A stretch of 64,000 bases of DNA, taken from contig AP024666.1 in assembly GCA_024346625.1 (NCBI GenBank), forward strand, positions 1,860,001 through 1,924,000, read 5' to 3'. The stretch is from Williopsis jadinii (lineage: Eukaryota). Positions within the stretch are counted from its first letter, which is position 1. Every line of letters starts with the position of its first letter. Under the pieces are notes generated by a model. It did no database searches, was not told where the DNA came from, and worked only from the letters and a program-made list of their open reading frames with translations. Made by a program: the position numbers and the translations under genes. Of this stretch, positions 11,153 through 21,700 are shown piece by piece.

Positions 11153-11855
11153 TGTATTGTTGATCTCCCAGAGCTGCTACTCCACAACGTGCCGGTATTA
11201 TATTCAGTCACCTCGATTTTTGATGTCTCGAATATAAATATGTAGTGGCATCATTATAACTGGAGATAATTTTCAGATCTCAGATACAGAACATTTAAGG
11301 CATTATAGACTAATAAATATTGATTTGTTCACTATCACAGGAACATATCTGAGTTCTACACGAAGCTATAATAATGATATAATACAGGTGATTGATTTGG
11401 CAGACATTAATAATATTTTCTAACTGACGTTATTAATTGAGTATTATATACAGTGATTATTATCATTGGGCGTAAATAATTTATAAACTCAATAATATTT
11501 TACGAATTTACAATTACAGTATCCATCTTCTGGAGGGTGCTTCTAATTAATTGAGATAGAAGTTTATAGAGGTGTATTTCGAATCTCTTATACTGACTGA
11601 TATAAGAAGAAAATGAAGAGTAAGCGTAATCACCGTGATGGACAGCATCTCGGTGGTGCTCAGATGTGATAGTATGACAGAACACTCAAAGAGACCGTAT
11701 AATGTGCTTCACACAGCCCACAGATGCTACGGCTCAATGGTTCCTTCAATTGACCTGGAATTCAGAGGGGAATAAGCTGGAGGAACTAGGGTACACCAGT
11801 GCATTATGGGCATCATTACCTCAGTCAGGGAAGAAGATCACCTATTCTATTCCAA

Positions 11856-14852
11856 CTAACCATTGCAACCATCCAGCGACATTTGCTCATTATAGACAAT
11901 GCGAATTTGATTCAAGTCGATCCTTTCAGACAAATTGTAGGTGTTGTTTTTGAGATAATCTGATTGAGACATATTTGCCAATTCATGATGAGCAGTTTCA
12001 ATAAGTACAGTCTGATCAGATCTCAAGTAGAAGGAAAACGAATCCAAGCCAAAGACAAGTCCTCTAAGTGCCTTTCCGGTACTTGTTTCATTACGTTGGA
12101 CAGGATCCAACACCTTGGATTTGAAACCGATGGGTCTCCAGGTATTATCAATCTTGTGATGAAGAGAAGCAGCTATAGCATTTTCTGAGGCACTAACAAC
12201 AATCTTTATAGGAGCAGTGATGTCAATACTTTCCAGTTCGGGTCCTTGTTTCACAAGATCGACGATGGAATGAAAAGCCCTCTGCTGTTCATGTTTCCAG
12301 ATAAATTGCGCATCCCTTCTCAGTAATGAGGTCAAAGGATAAGCGATATTTGCATAACTATCCAAGAATACACTAATGTAGGCAACTGATCCAATAAACC
12401 TTTGAAGTTCCTTCTTGTCTGCTGGGACAACTGCATTCCTGATGTGATCAGTAGCTGAATCAGAGGGTGATATCTTCAACGGAAGATTTGCTCCTTGAGT
12501 ATGAAGTTTATGATCCATCCATTTCACAGAAGACGAACAAAACTGGCACTTCTCCAAATTAATGTGGAGCTTGTACGATTTTAAAGTGGATAGAACTTTC
12601 CTGACATGGCTTCTATGTTCTTCAAAAGACTTTGAAAATATCAGGATATCTTTTAAGCACACACGAACGTACTCGCAATGAGGACCAAGGATGCTATTAA
12701 TGAAAGTAGAGAAATGTTCAGAGTTGTTCTTCAGTCCATTAGGCAAAACGTTCCACTTGTAGAATCCGTCAGGTGTCCTGAACGTTGTGTATTCAGAAGA
12801 CTTCTCAGAGAGACGTAAGTGTTGATAAACAGAAGACAAATCAAGAGTAGTGAGGTGTGTGCCTTGAAGGTTGACAGAAGCTTCTTTAAACGTCAAGATA
12901 TCCGGACCAATAGTCTTTGTAATCGAGTTTAATTGATGGAAATTAACAAACATTTGTTTCTTTTTACCCTTTTGTATGAATGGAACAGAGTAGTTGGAAG
13001 TTCTTGGAACAGGAGTGATTAATCCATTGGCCAGCAGATGCTCAACTTCATTTCTCATCCATTCTTCTTCTCGTTGATTCATAGTTGGAAGAGGTTTACC
13101 CTTGATTGTGCAGATTGGCGCATTCAATTCAATATCGACATCGAATATCCCCCGATCTGGTAAGACAAACTCCTCGGTATAAAGGTTTGGTATCACATCT
13201 TGTTCAAAGAGCAGAGCTGTTTGACTAGATTCGTCCAGATCATCAGGTTCTTGGTTCAAAATGTGCAGAGGGAAATCACCACCAAGGGTAAAGATTCCAT
13301 CCTCCTCAACCACGTCTATAGTGTATGGGAGAAGATTTGTTGGCTTGTTCAAAGGTGAAATGATATGCAATGTCGTCACGTTGTTCGGCTCAAAGTGAAG
13401 TTTGTTGTTGTTGTCAAAGGTAACGTTCTTCATTGACTTACGTAACACTCCTCCAGCAGAGCACACGAGCGAAGCACTGATGATCCCATGGTTAGAATCT
13501 CTATCAATGAAAGCAATCCTTTTGAACCCATTTTCAAAAGTGATACACACATTGTGCATAGCTTTTACAGTAGAACTGGTATAATCTTGATGACAAACAA
13601 CATGCGATGAACCATTCCCCTGAGAAGGAATAACATCAGGCCTAGTTGTAGCAGTCCTCAGTGTAGAGATGGCTTCAGTGTGATGAGATGTCGATGAAGG
13701 CTGCGGAGTTGAAATGGATAGTTTTTGATCCTGTTTGTTGCCTGTGGACTCCTTCTTATCCTCTTTGGTCGTTGGTGTCGTTGTCATGGCCGTTGTCGTT
13801 GTCTTCAAAGATGTAGATGGAAATTGAGTGTTACAGACTTCATATTGGAAAGGACCTACCGATGGAATTGGGAGTCTGGATTTTGTCTTCTCAACGGAGT
13901 ATTCAGACCAGTCAATAGTGGTAGCTCCGACATCAGCCAGAAAGTTTGCCAGCTCTACAATATCGTGAGACTCAATGAGATCTGACACAGTTGCCCAAAG
14001 CTTTGATATGTTTCGTAGGGAACTTAAAGGACCATTGCTGAGAAGAGAACGGTAGAAAGTTTCAGTATCTCCAAAAGATAAGTAGGCCATGTCTGCAGTT
14101 TGTTTGAATAGATTGCGAATTGTTTTCACAGTAGTTGTATGAGGGAGCGACATTATGGTGTCAGTTGCAGTGAGACTCTCGAGATGAATCTCATCAGCAG
14201 AGAGTCCTACACTTAAGAATACTCTTTTCAAGTCTCTTAGTGTTGAGTGCAGAGTAATCTGTTGTTTAATAGACTGGATGAAGTCTACGATATCATCAGA
14301 TGTATTCTGATTACCAACAATAACCTGGCTCATCATACAATCTAACAGTGTGAAAGCGTTGAACGAAGTATCGGTACGCCTTACAACTCTGCCAACCTCA
14401 TTCCAAAGCCATTGGCGTTGTCCTTTCAAGTCAGTGATGACGATTGCATGCGAAAAGACATAAGGAGGCCTATCACAAGCAACGTCAGATAAGTAGCTAT
14501 CATTAGACGTACAAGTAGGCTCATTTGGAGTACACCCTTGCCCACCTTCCAACCTCATCTCCATCACGGCAACTTCCGAAACTTTGCTGTCCATGCCAAC
14601 ATTGAAGCCCACAGTGCAAGTATCGGCATACCTGTGTCTCCGGCGGCTCTTGTGCGACACCCAGTAGTAGTTAACCACCATGGCAATAAGCAAACCGGAA
14701 ATGATGTCCCGTACAAGGGGCATGGTGGATTTGTCTTGCCATTCTTCAGAGCCCATAAAACCTTTCCTACTTTCATCAACCATTGATGGAAACACCTTCA
14801 GATGAGACCGTAACCACCTATGAATCTGGCTCAGTGCACCATCAGATGACAT
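11856..14852 (-). CDS. Ty3/Gypsy Gag-protease-RT-RNaseH-derived protein with disrupted catalytic motifs, no integrase, N-terminal TM segment (~998 aa)
   Basis: RT core (LLANGLI, MFVNFHQLN, TTLDLSS, TTFRTPDGFYKWNVLPNGLKN, CLKDILIFS, EEHRSHVRKVL, LEKCQF), connection (KELQRFIG, FIWKHEQQRAF) and RNase H (WRPIGFKSKVL). Uninterrupted ORF; no flanking LTR found. Confidence 0.9.
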   Translation of the reverse strand: MSSDGALSQIHRWLRSHLKVFPSMVDESRKGFMGSEEWQDKSTMPLVRDIISGLLIAMVVNYYWVSHKSRRRHRYADTCTVGFNVGMDSKVSEVAVMEMRLEGGQGCTPNEPTCTSNDSYLSDVACDRPPYVFSHAIVITDLKGQRQWLWNEVGRVVRRTDTSFNAFTLLDCMMSQVIVGNQNTSDDIVDFIQSIKQQITLHSTLRDLKRVFLSVGLSADEIHLESLTATDTIMSLPHTTTVKTIRNLFKQTADMAYLSFGDTETFYRSLLSNGPLSSLRNISKLWATVSDLIESHDIVELANFLADVGATTIDWSEYSVEKTKSRLPIPSVGPFQYEVCNTQFPSTSLKTTTTAMTTTPTTKEDKKESTGNKQDQKLSISTPQPSSTSHHTEAISTLRTATTRPDVIPSQGNGSSHVVCHQDYTSSTVKAMHNVCITFENGFKRIAFIDRDSNHGIISASLVCSAGGVLRKSMKNVTFDNNNKLHFEPNNVTTLHIISPLNKPTNLLPYTIDVVEEDGIFTLGGDFPLHILNQEPDDLDESSQTALLFEQDVIPNLYTEEFVLPDRGIFDVDIELNAPICTIKGKPLPTMNQREEEWMRNEVEHLLANGLITPVPRTSNYSVPFIQKGKKKQMFVNFHQLNSITKTIGPDILTFKEASVNLQGTHLTTLDLSSVYQHLRLSEKSSEYTTFRTPDGFYKWNVLPNGLKNNSEHFSTFINSILGPHCEYVRVCLKDILIFSKSFEEHRSHVRKVLSTLKSYKLHINLEKCQFCSSSVKWMDHKLHTQGANLPLKISPSDSATDHIRNAVVPADKKELQRFIGSVAYISVFLDSYANIAYPLTSLLRRDAQFIWKHEQQRAFHSIVDLVKQGPELESIDITAPIKIVVSASENAIAASLHHKIDNTWRPIGFKSKVLDPVQRNETSTGKALRGLVFGLDSFSFYLRSDQTVLIETAHHELANMSQSDYLKNNTYNLSERIDLNQIRIVYNEQMSLDGCNG

Positions 14853-15234
14853 GCTCACGGTAGCCACTGTCGCTTATCCAGCTATTCGCAATACGCTGGT
14901 GCAATGGAGAGACGAGAGCATCAGAACTTTCAGTGTAAAGCCTCTCTCTTGTTACTCTGGCAGAGACATCTCAACACCACACCGGTGCCGTTGGAACGTC
15001 ATCGCATCGAGCGCCGGGGAAACCGCAACCACACACAGAATCAGGGGGGAGCGCTCGTCACCAGGGGGCCAGTTGCAAGCACGGGGTCTCTGCTCAGATT
15101 GTCCACCAATGGAGGCTACCAACGGAGTCACCCCTTTTATACAGTGATAAAAGCCATCATCGCCGTGGAAGAGTGCTCTTCCGATAGTAGTGGCCCTAAC
15201 AAAATTCAAACATCCCAACACCAAGACCACCAGC

Positions 15235-15243
15235 TTTGCCGCC
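15235..15243 (-). promoter_or_regulatory. Rpn4/PACE-type site GGCGGCAAA upstream of RPN7
   Basis: tttgccgcc about 110 bp upstream of the RPN7 ATG; one-base variant of GGTGGCAAA. Confidence 0.55.
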
Positions 15244-15351
15244 AACCACAAAGCCGAAACATCAACATCAACAACAATAACAACAACATCACCAGGGACA
15301 ACCACAGCGGCAACCACAGCGGCAAGCACTAACAAGCGAAAGAAGGACGGA

Positions 15352-16563
15352 ATGTCGGACTCAACGAGCTCAACAACACAGAGAATCCCTGACTTTGAAT
15401 TGGCCGATGCGGCTTTCATCTTGACGAAACCGGAACTGTCAGAACGCCACCCACAAGCGAGGGAGTATTTGGTTGAACAGATCAAGAGCAAGAAGCTGGC
15501 TCCGTTCTACCAGTACCTCAGAGAAACGTGTGCAGGTGCATTGGAGTGGGATGAATCGCTGTACGCCGAGCTCTCCAAGGAGAACGAAGCTGAGATTTCC
15601 AAGTTGAAAGATGCCATCAAGGAAGTTGAAGAGAAGGATGAAGGTCAATTGGAAACTGCCGAGGGCTACAAGAAGTTGGGAGAGTACTATGCGACGATTG
15701 GAGATAAGACCAATGCCCTGCTCACCTTGAGAAAGGCGTTCGAATTGACGCCATCTACCGGTGTGAAGATCGATATCTCATTGACAATAACAAGGGTTGG
15801 GTTCTTCTTCAACGATAAGCAGTTTGTTGCCAAACAATTGGACCAAACAAACTCTCTGATCGAAAAGGGTGGTGACTGGGAACGCCGTAATAGATACAAG
15901 CTGTACAAGGGACTGTACTCTTTGTCTATAAGGGACTTCGAAACCGCCTCAGCACTTCTTATCGATTCCCTAGCGACCTTCACCTCCACTGAAATCACCA
16001 CATATGAACAGTTGGGACAATACGCAACAATTGCAGGTGTACTTATCCTTAACAGGGTTGACCTTAAAAGTAAGGTGATTGATTCGCCAGAGTTGTTATC
16101 TTTACTACCTGTTACGCCTTCTTTAGAGCCAATTACGTCGTTGACAATATCATTATACACTAGTGATTACTCGTCATATTTCCAATACCTGTTGCAGACA
16201 AATGACCAGATTCTTCTAACATCGAGATACTTGTCAGAGCATGCCAATTATTACATTAGAGAGATGAGAAGAAAGGCATATGCGCAACTGCTGGAGTCTT
16301 ACAAGGCACTCTCTCTCAAATCCATGGCTGATGCATTTGGAGTCTCAGTGGAATTCCTCGACAACGACTTGTGTAAGTTCATCCCAAATAAGAAGTTGAA
16401 CTGTGTCATTGATAGGGTCAATGGAATCATTGAAACCAACAGACCTGATAATAAGAATGCGCAATACCAATTGTTGATCAAGCAAGGTGACGCTCTGTTG
16501 ACAAAGTTACAAAAATACGGTGCTGCAGTTAGATTGAGTGGTACATCTGAACGCGCAAATTAG
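15352..16563 (+). CDS. RPN7: 26S proteasome lid subunit Rpn7
   Basis: GGDWERRNR motif, PCI domain, YQLLIKQGDALLTKLQKY C-terminus; first ATG at 15352. Confidence 0.96.
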   Translation: MSDSTSSTTQRIPDFELADAAFILTKPELSERHPQAREYLVEQIKSKKLAPFYQYLRETCAGALEWDESLYAELSKENEAEISKLKDAIKEVEEKDEGQLETAEGYKKLGEYYATIGDKTNALLTLRKAFELTPSTGVKIDISLTITRVGFFFNDKQFVAKQLDQTNSLIEKGGDWERRNRYKLYKGLYSLSIRDFETASALLIDSLATFTSTEITTYEQLGQYATIAGVLILNRVDLKSKVIDSPELLSLLPVTPSLEPITSLTISLYTSDYSSYFQYLLQTNDQILLTSRYLSEHANYYIREMRRKAYAQLLESYKALSLKSMADAFGVSVEFLDNDLCKFIPNKKLNCVIDRVNGIIETNRPDNKNAQYQLLIKQGDALLTKLQKYGAAVRLSGTSERAN

Positions 16564-16644
16564 TTGTTACGTATGAATATACAGCTTTGTCGTTCATGGC
16601 CTTTTCGTTATAAAATTATGTATAGACCCACCTCGTAGTTCAAT

Positions 16645-17250
16645 TCAAACAAAACTCTTTTCACGACCGGCAAACAAGAACTGAACGACAGATGCCTGTG
16701 CAACGTTAACACCAACGGTCAACAAGATGATAATCATTGAAAGGTAGACGATACGAGATTGAGTGGATTCCACAGTGGACATGTTTCTCCATTCTCTAGC
16801 TCTTAGGTAGTTCATGATTCTTTCAATCTTGTTCAGGTTTCTGTCAATCTCTGATAAGGAGTGATCCGCAACGACATCCTCCTTAACACCTGTAGTGTTT
16901 TCACTCTCCTCACCATTTCCCAATTTCAATGTGAATTCAACCTTTTTAAGGTCCTTGTGAGGGTTGGAGAAGCAGAAGGAGTATTCACCCAACCCAAAAG
17001 TCTTGAGAACAAAGTCAGCGTACTTTTCATCCTTCTGGTTGATGATAGTATCACCTTTAGGAGAAATAATGCTGAAATCAAGTTCAAAATCACCGCCCCT
17101 AAGGACTTGATAGCTCACCAACAATGCATTGTTTTCTTCTGTGAGCTCGTGATAGATACACTCCTTAGCGAATGGAGGAATAGAGATCGAGATCTTTGAA
17201 GAGGCAGTAACACCAATTGCAAGTACCAAAAGATAAGCAAACCAAAACAT
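16645..17250 (-). CDS. p24/emp24 GOLD-domain cargo receptor (Erp2/Erp4-like)
   Basis: Signal peptide, KECIY and YSFCFSN GOLD cysteines, YLRAREWRNMSTV, C-terminal TM and short tail ending FV. Confidence 0.88.
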   Translation of the reverse strand: MFWFAYLLVLAIGVTASSKISISIPPFAKECIYHELTEENNALLVSYQVLRGGDFELDFSIISPKGDTIINQKDEKYADFVLKTFGLGEYSFCFSNPHKDLKKVEFTLKLGNGEESENTTGVKEDVVADHSLSEIDRNLNKIERIMNYLRAREWRNMSTVESTQSRIVYLSMIIILLTVGVNVAQASVVQFLFAGREKSFV

Positions 17251-17382
17251 GACTGGTAATTCCCTTCTTGTTTGAAAAGTGAAAATCGTTGCTTGCGTAT
17301 TTGATTTGCTGTTATTCTGAAGTTTGCAGTTTGGATCTTTTTTTTTTTGCTGACAGCGAACGCGTTTTTCGTGTTGACAAGA

Positions 17383-17416
17383 ACACCTGGACACCTGGAC
17401 ACCCAACACCCGGACA
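17383..17416 (+). promoter_or_regulatory. Tandem ACACC(T/C)(G/A)G 8-mer array, Rap1/telomere-like
   Basis: acacctgg acacctgg acaccca acacccggaca in a divergent promoter. Confidence 0.5.
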
Positions 17417-17517
17417 TTCCAAAATCGGAATTTGATTCTTGCAAAATATCGGAATTCACTTCAAGCTACCCTTCTCTGTTTCTCTCATCTTCACCAACCA
17501 CTCCATTCCATCCAGAG

Positions 17518-18624
17518 ATGATGAAACAACACGAGGATGAGAACATAAGCAGGTACATCCAACACCTCGATGTTGGCAATGTGCTCACAGTTGACTTGAA
17601 CTTGGATAATAATACCTACATAGACCCTTCGATAGAGGCATATAGAAGAGCCCTTGAACATCAAAAGGGTGTAACGAGACACGTGAAGACGGTGACGATT
17701 CCGAAGTCCTTCAACTCTGACTCTGTTAAATTTGACGTTGAAGGTGTACCACAGATACCGGAGGGCGTGGACCCGAGAAAGATATGCCCATTCTGTCAAA
17801 AGACCTTTTCCCATCCAGGTTCCATGGGGAGACATCTGGACTTGAAAAAAGGGTCGAAGGACCACCCTTCATCGGTAATCGAACAGATGAGATCCCAGGT
17901 GAAACGCCGTGGTGATGCTGAACTGATCAAGGAGAGAAGAAAACTGAGAGCGAGAAGGTACAATGCCAGGGATGACGTTAAGCAGCGAAAGAGGTTGAAT
18001 AGAAAGAGCGTAGAGAGGGTTCAAAGGGCCAAGTACCGTGAAATACGCAAATTCTTTGATAGACTGGGTAAACCTCAACTGGAAGACAATCCAACCTTCC
18101 CAAGATTGGTGTTGTATTTCTTGAAGCCTAACCAATGGCCTAGTGAGCCTCCATCTCTAGAGACTTATAGACAGCTGTGTGGCTCTTTGAATGAGCAGTT
18201 CTTAGCAGACAAGGAGATGAACTTCTACAACGAAGTCATGGGGAAAGTGCAGAAGTCTTCAGAGATATGGCTTACCATGACAGATGAGGAAAAACTAGAG
18301 GTTTGGGCAAGAGAGCTGAGGAGCGTAGCACAACAGGCCCTACAGGACATTTCACTGTTTGACTTGAAGAACAGGGACGTGTACGTTAGGAAAGAGGCAA
18401 AGAGACAAGTCTTTGAAGCTGACAATCAAGAGAATAATGATAATAATGATGATAGCAATGATGATAGCGACGATAATGATGCAAACAACAATGAAAGTGA
18501 TGGCGAAGATGGTAAAGATAGCGACAAGGATTTTGATTATAACCACGAGGAGTTGGAAGCAGTTGCACAGGCAGTGGTCAATGACAATGAGAAGGATAAT
18601 GTTGATCCACAGATAATGAACTAG
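17518..18624 (+). CDS. Zinc-finger protein, probable respiration factor Rsf1-like
   Basis: CPFCQKTFSHPGSMGRHLDLKKG..H motif, basic helix, acidic/Asn-rich tail; family assignment from memory only. Confidence 0.6.
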   Translation: MMKQHEDENISRYIQHLDVGNVLTVDLNLDNNTYIDPSIEAYRRALEHQKGVTRHVKTVTIPKSFNSDSVKFDVEGVPQIPEGVDPRKICPFCQKTFSHPGSMGRHLDLKKGSKDHPSSVIEQMRSQVKRRGDAELIKERRKLRARRYNARDDVKQRKRLNRKSVERVQRAKYREIRKFFDRLGKPQLEDNPTFPRLVLYFLKPNQWPSEPPSLETYRQLCGSLNEQFLADKEMNFYNEVMGKVQKSSEIWLTMTDEEKLEVWARELRSVAQQALQDISLFDLKNRDVYVRKEAKRQVFEADNQENNDNNDDSNDDSDDNDANNNESDGEDGKDSDKDFDYNHEELEAVAQAVVNDNEKDNVDPQIMN

Positions 18625-18703
18625 GGCTAAACAAGCAAGTAAATATATGAACAAATTGTCTTTAAACCAAGTATACAAACAAAATAAAAGGGAAAAAGCA
18701 ACA

Positions 18704-21700
18704 TCAACTTTCATTATGGTAAAACTTCTTGAAGATAAAATCAATCAAACAATTGGTGTCAAATTTGGCCATTCCTCCGAATAATGAAATCTTGGATTTG
18801 TTTTCAAACTGATACTCTAAGAATTGATCAATAGTCAACGTTTCCAAATTACCATTGACTGCAATACTCGACGATTTACAAGAGATGTTGAACTCACCAG
18901 CACGATCACAACTAAACATGAAGTCGACTTTAGGGAAATTCATACTTCCAAAGAAAGAAGAGCCGGATGAATTCAAGTTTTGATCCAAACCACGAAGTTC
19001 GACCAATACACCCTTCTCATAGAGTCTCTTTGAAGAGTATTTGTACGCTCCAAATTTGGGTAGTTTCCCAGATTTCTTCAATTCACGTTCGTAAAAGAAC
19101 TGTTTAGTGAAGGGCAAAATTCTTTTTGGTTTTGTTGGTTTCGATTGTAATTCCTCCATAGATTTATCAATGTGATGGTTGTACGCTTTCAATTGATCTT
19201 CTAAGAATTTGTTCTTCTCTCCCAAGCGTGAAAGCGTATTTTGCGCAATGCTCAACTGTTTCTTACGTGAAAGTCTTTGGTCATGCTTGGTTCTGATGTC
19301 GTGTGCGATCTCATTCAGCAAAAGCTGGAAGGAATCACGTCTAGTCACAATGGACATAGTCTCGAGCTCTAGAATTCTTTCAAGAGCAATTTCTTTCAGC
19401 TTGTGATACGAAATCTTAGTCAAATCTCCCAAGAAACCTTGACCATTGTTCGTGTAATCATTCACGCGGTTGTGCTCAATATCCTTGTTCTCAGCGTTGA
19501 TGATTCTCTTGAACTTGATCTCATCAATAGGATCTATCTTTGACTTCAAAAGGTTGAACAAATCATTATACTCATCCTGAACCTGAACAAGGTACAATAC
19601 ACATCTTTTGGCTTGCATCAAAAGTGACTTGGTGATGTTATCATCGGGTGAAGCTCTATAACTTGATGGGTTCAAGTTCAAGGTATAATAACCATTTAAT
19701 CTCGTAATATCACCAGTATTGCATGATCTCAACTCAATAAGAATCTCCCTCAAAGTGTCATCGGACAAAGGTGCAACAATATCAATATACTTATCGATCA
19801 ACTGATTCATGGAGAGCATATCCGAAATTCTTAGTGTTAACTTAGGTCTTTTGTGAGCCGTCATATCGTCATACACAGTCATATTGTAAACCGTATCGAT
19901 CTCACTGACATCGATGACACTTTTGATTAAGGAACGAATACCTTCAAGTGACGAGTTGATAAATTTGTTCAAGGGTTGCAAATATATGTCACTCGAACCA
20001 AACGGTTTCATGACAAACATCTGTGTCAACAATTTGCAGATTCCATGCAAATTTTTATCAGCTCTGGTCGCCTTGTTGAGAGGTGAAACTCCAAATTTAT
20101 CGTAGGACTCGAAAATTGTACGAATATATCCGTTGATAAGTACAAAGCCAGCATTTCCAAGATGATCCTGCTCTAATAGATGCGGGAATTTTTTAGCTGA
20201 TGTAACATAAGCGCTTTTTGCCAAAAGTCTAACGTGAATGGGTATCAATTTCACATTATCACTGATAATACGGAAAATCTCAGATCCATACTCCCTTAAC
20301 TGTTGTAAGTTGTATACAAATGCCTGTTTAGTGGATTCATCTTCAATAGCCTTATCAACAGGTAGAATCTTTGGAGTATTGTTAACTTTCTGGTAGATGA
20401 TCAATGGATCACTCTCAAAGTCAAGATCCTCATCATTCAACACATTTTCAACCATGGTACCAAACAATGACCTTAGTGGTACTGTTTGAGTCTCATTAAA
20501 TGTATGAAGTAGCCTCTGCCACCCTGTTGTGTTATGCTTCCAAAGATCATGTATAGATTGGGATTTTGAAATGAAGTCACTTAAAAGACTATCGACTAAG
20601 CGAATGAACAGATATTCTTCTCTGGTTGGAAGATCTTTGGATTGTAAGTCATGGAAGACCTTCAATGCTAAGTCAGTTCCACGATAATCACTGTGAATCA
20701 GTCTTGTAAGGTAAAGCGGTTGAGTTTGAAGCAGGTAGAAGAATTTCTCATACAACTCCATTCTATTCTTGGTCCTTCTATTCAAAGAGGTCACATCAAT
20801 GGTAGATACTGATGCAGTAATTCTAACGTCCTTGTTCTTTTGAAGCAACAGCTCGTCCAAAGTAATCTTATTTTTCTGCAATAGGGCAATTTTCAAATCC
20901 AATTGACTGATATGCTTCTCAAGCAATTCATTAGAGCTTGTCTTTTCATTAATTGATTCCTTGAGTCTGGTAAGCTTCACTTCTTCTTCAAAATCAACAT
21001 CATTATCATTCAAAAGATAGGCAAACTTTCTGATCACTGACAATGGTGGATTATGCATGGAGATCAGGGATTTGTAAGCATTACCCAAGTATTTACCTCT
21101 GATAACACTTTGAATCTTGATAATATCTTCTAGGTGTTGTTCATAATAAATCATATCTTCCTTCTTTGACTTTTGGTACAGATATCTCCTTATCAGAGAC
21201 TGCAACTCCACAACTTCATCCAGATAGTAATCAACATCATCAAGAATCAGCTCCAAGCCATATCTGGATAAAACACCACGAACCTGACTCTGGGTCAAGA
21301 TGACAGATTGGGAAGAAGCCTTTAAATCCCGTTTAATTCCTTTGATACGAGATCTGACAAGTTTCCCCTTAACAACAGAGCAAAACTTATTCAAAGCAGG
21401 CTCTTGAAGATCCAAATTATCTAGAATCACGTTTAGCTTCGATCTCACCAAACCAGCACGGGCGATAGACTGTAATTCCAATATTGGGATTGACTCAGTT
21501 AAGATCAATTTCTTTTTAATGTGTAACATAGATCTGACTGTTGATCCACGTATCTGTGATTGAATGATCGTAATTGCATCCTCAGCCGTATGTGCCTCCT
21601 TGACAGATCTATGCAGCTTCTTATACAGCAGATGACGACGGATATGAGCCTGGAAATTTGTGATAATCTCTTGTGATTTGATAGCTTTTTGGGATCTATC

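Noticed and set aside
11200..11520. Very AT-rich stretch downstream of the retro-derived ORF, considered as a 3' or solo LTR or an ARS
   Set aside because: No matching copy upstream of the ORF, no convincing TG...CA boundary with target-site duplication, no clear PPT and no perfect ARS consensus seen.
11856..14867. Active full-length Ty3/Gypsy retrotransposon
   Set aside because: Catalytic motifs of PR, RT and RNase H are altered; integrase and LTRs are absent.
14851..15491. Overlapping short ORFs (98-179 aa) in the RPN7 upstream region
   Set aside because: GC-rich, low-complexity (ACA/CCA repeat) promoter/5' UTR sequence that lacks stops by composition.
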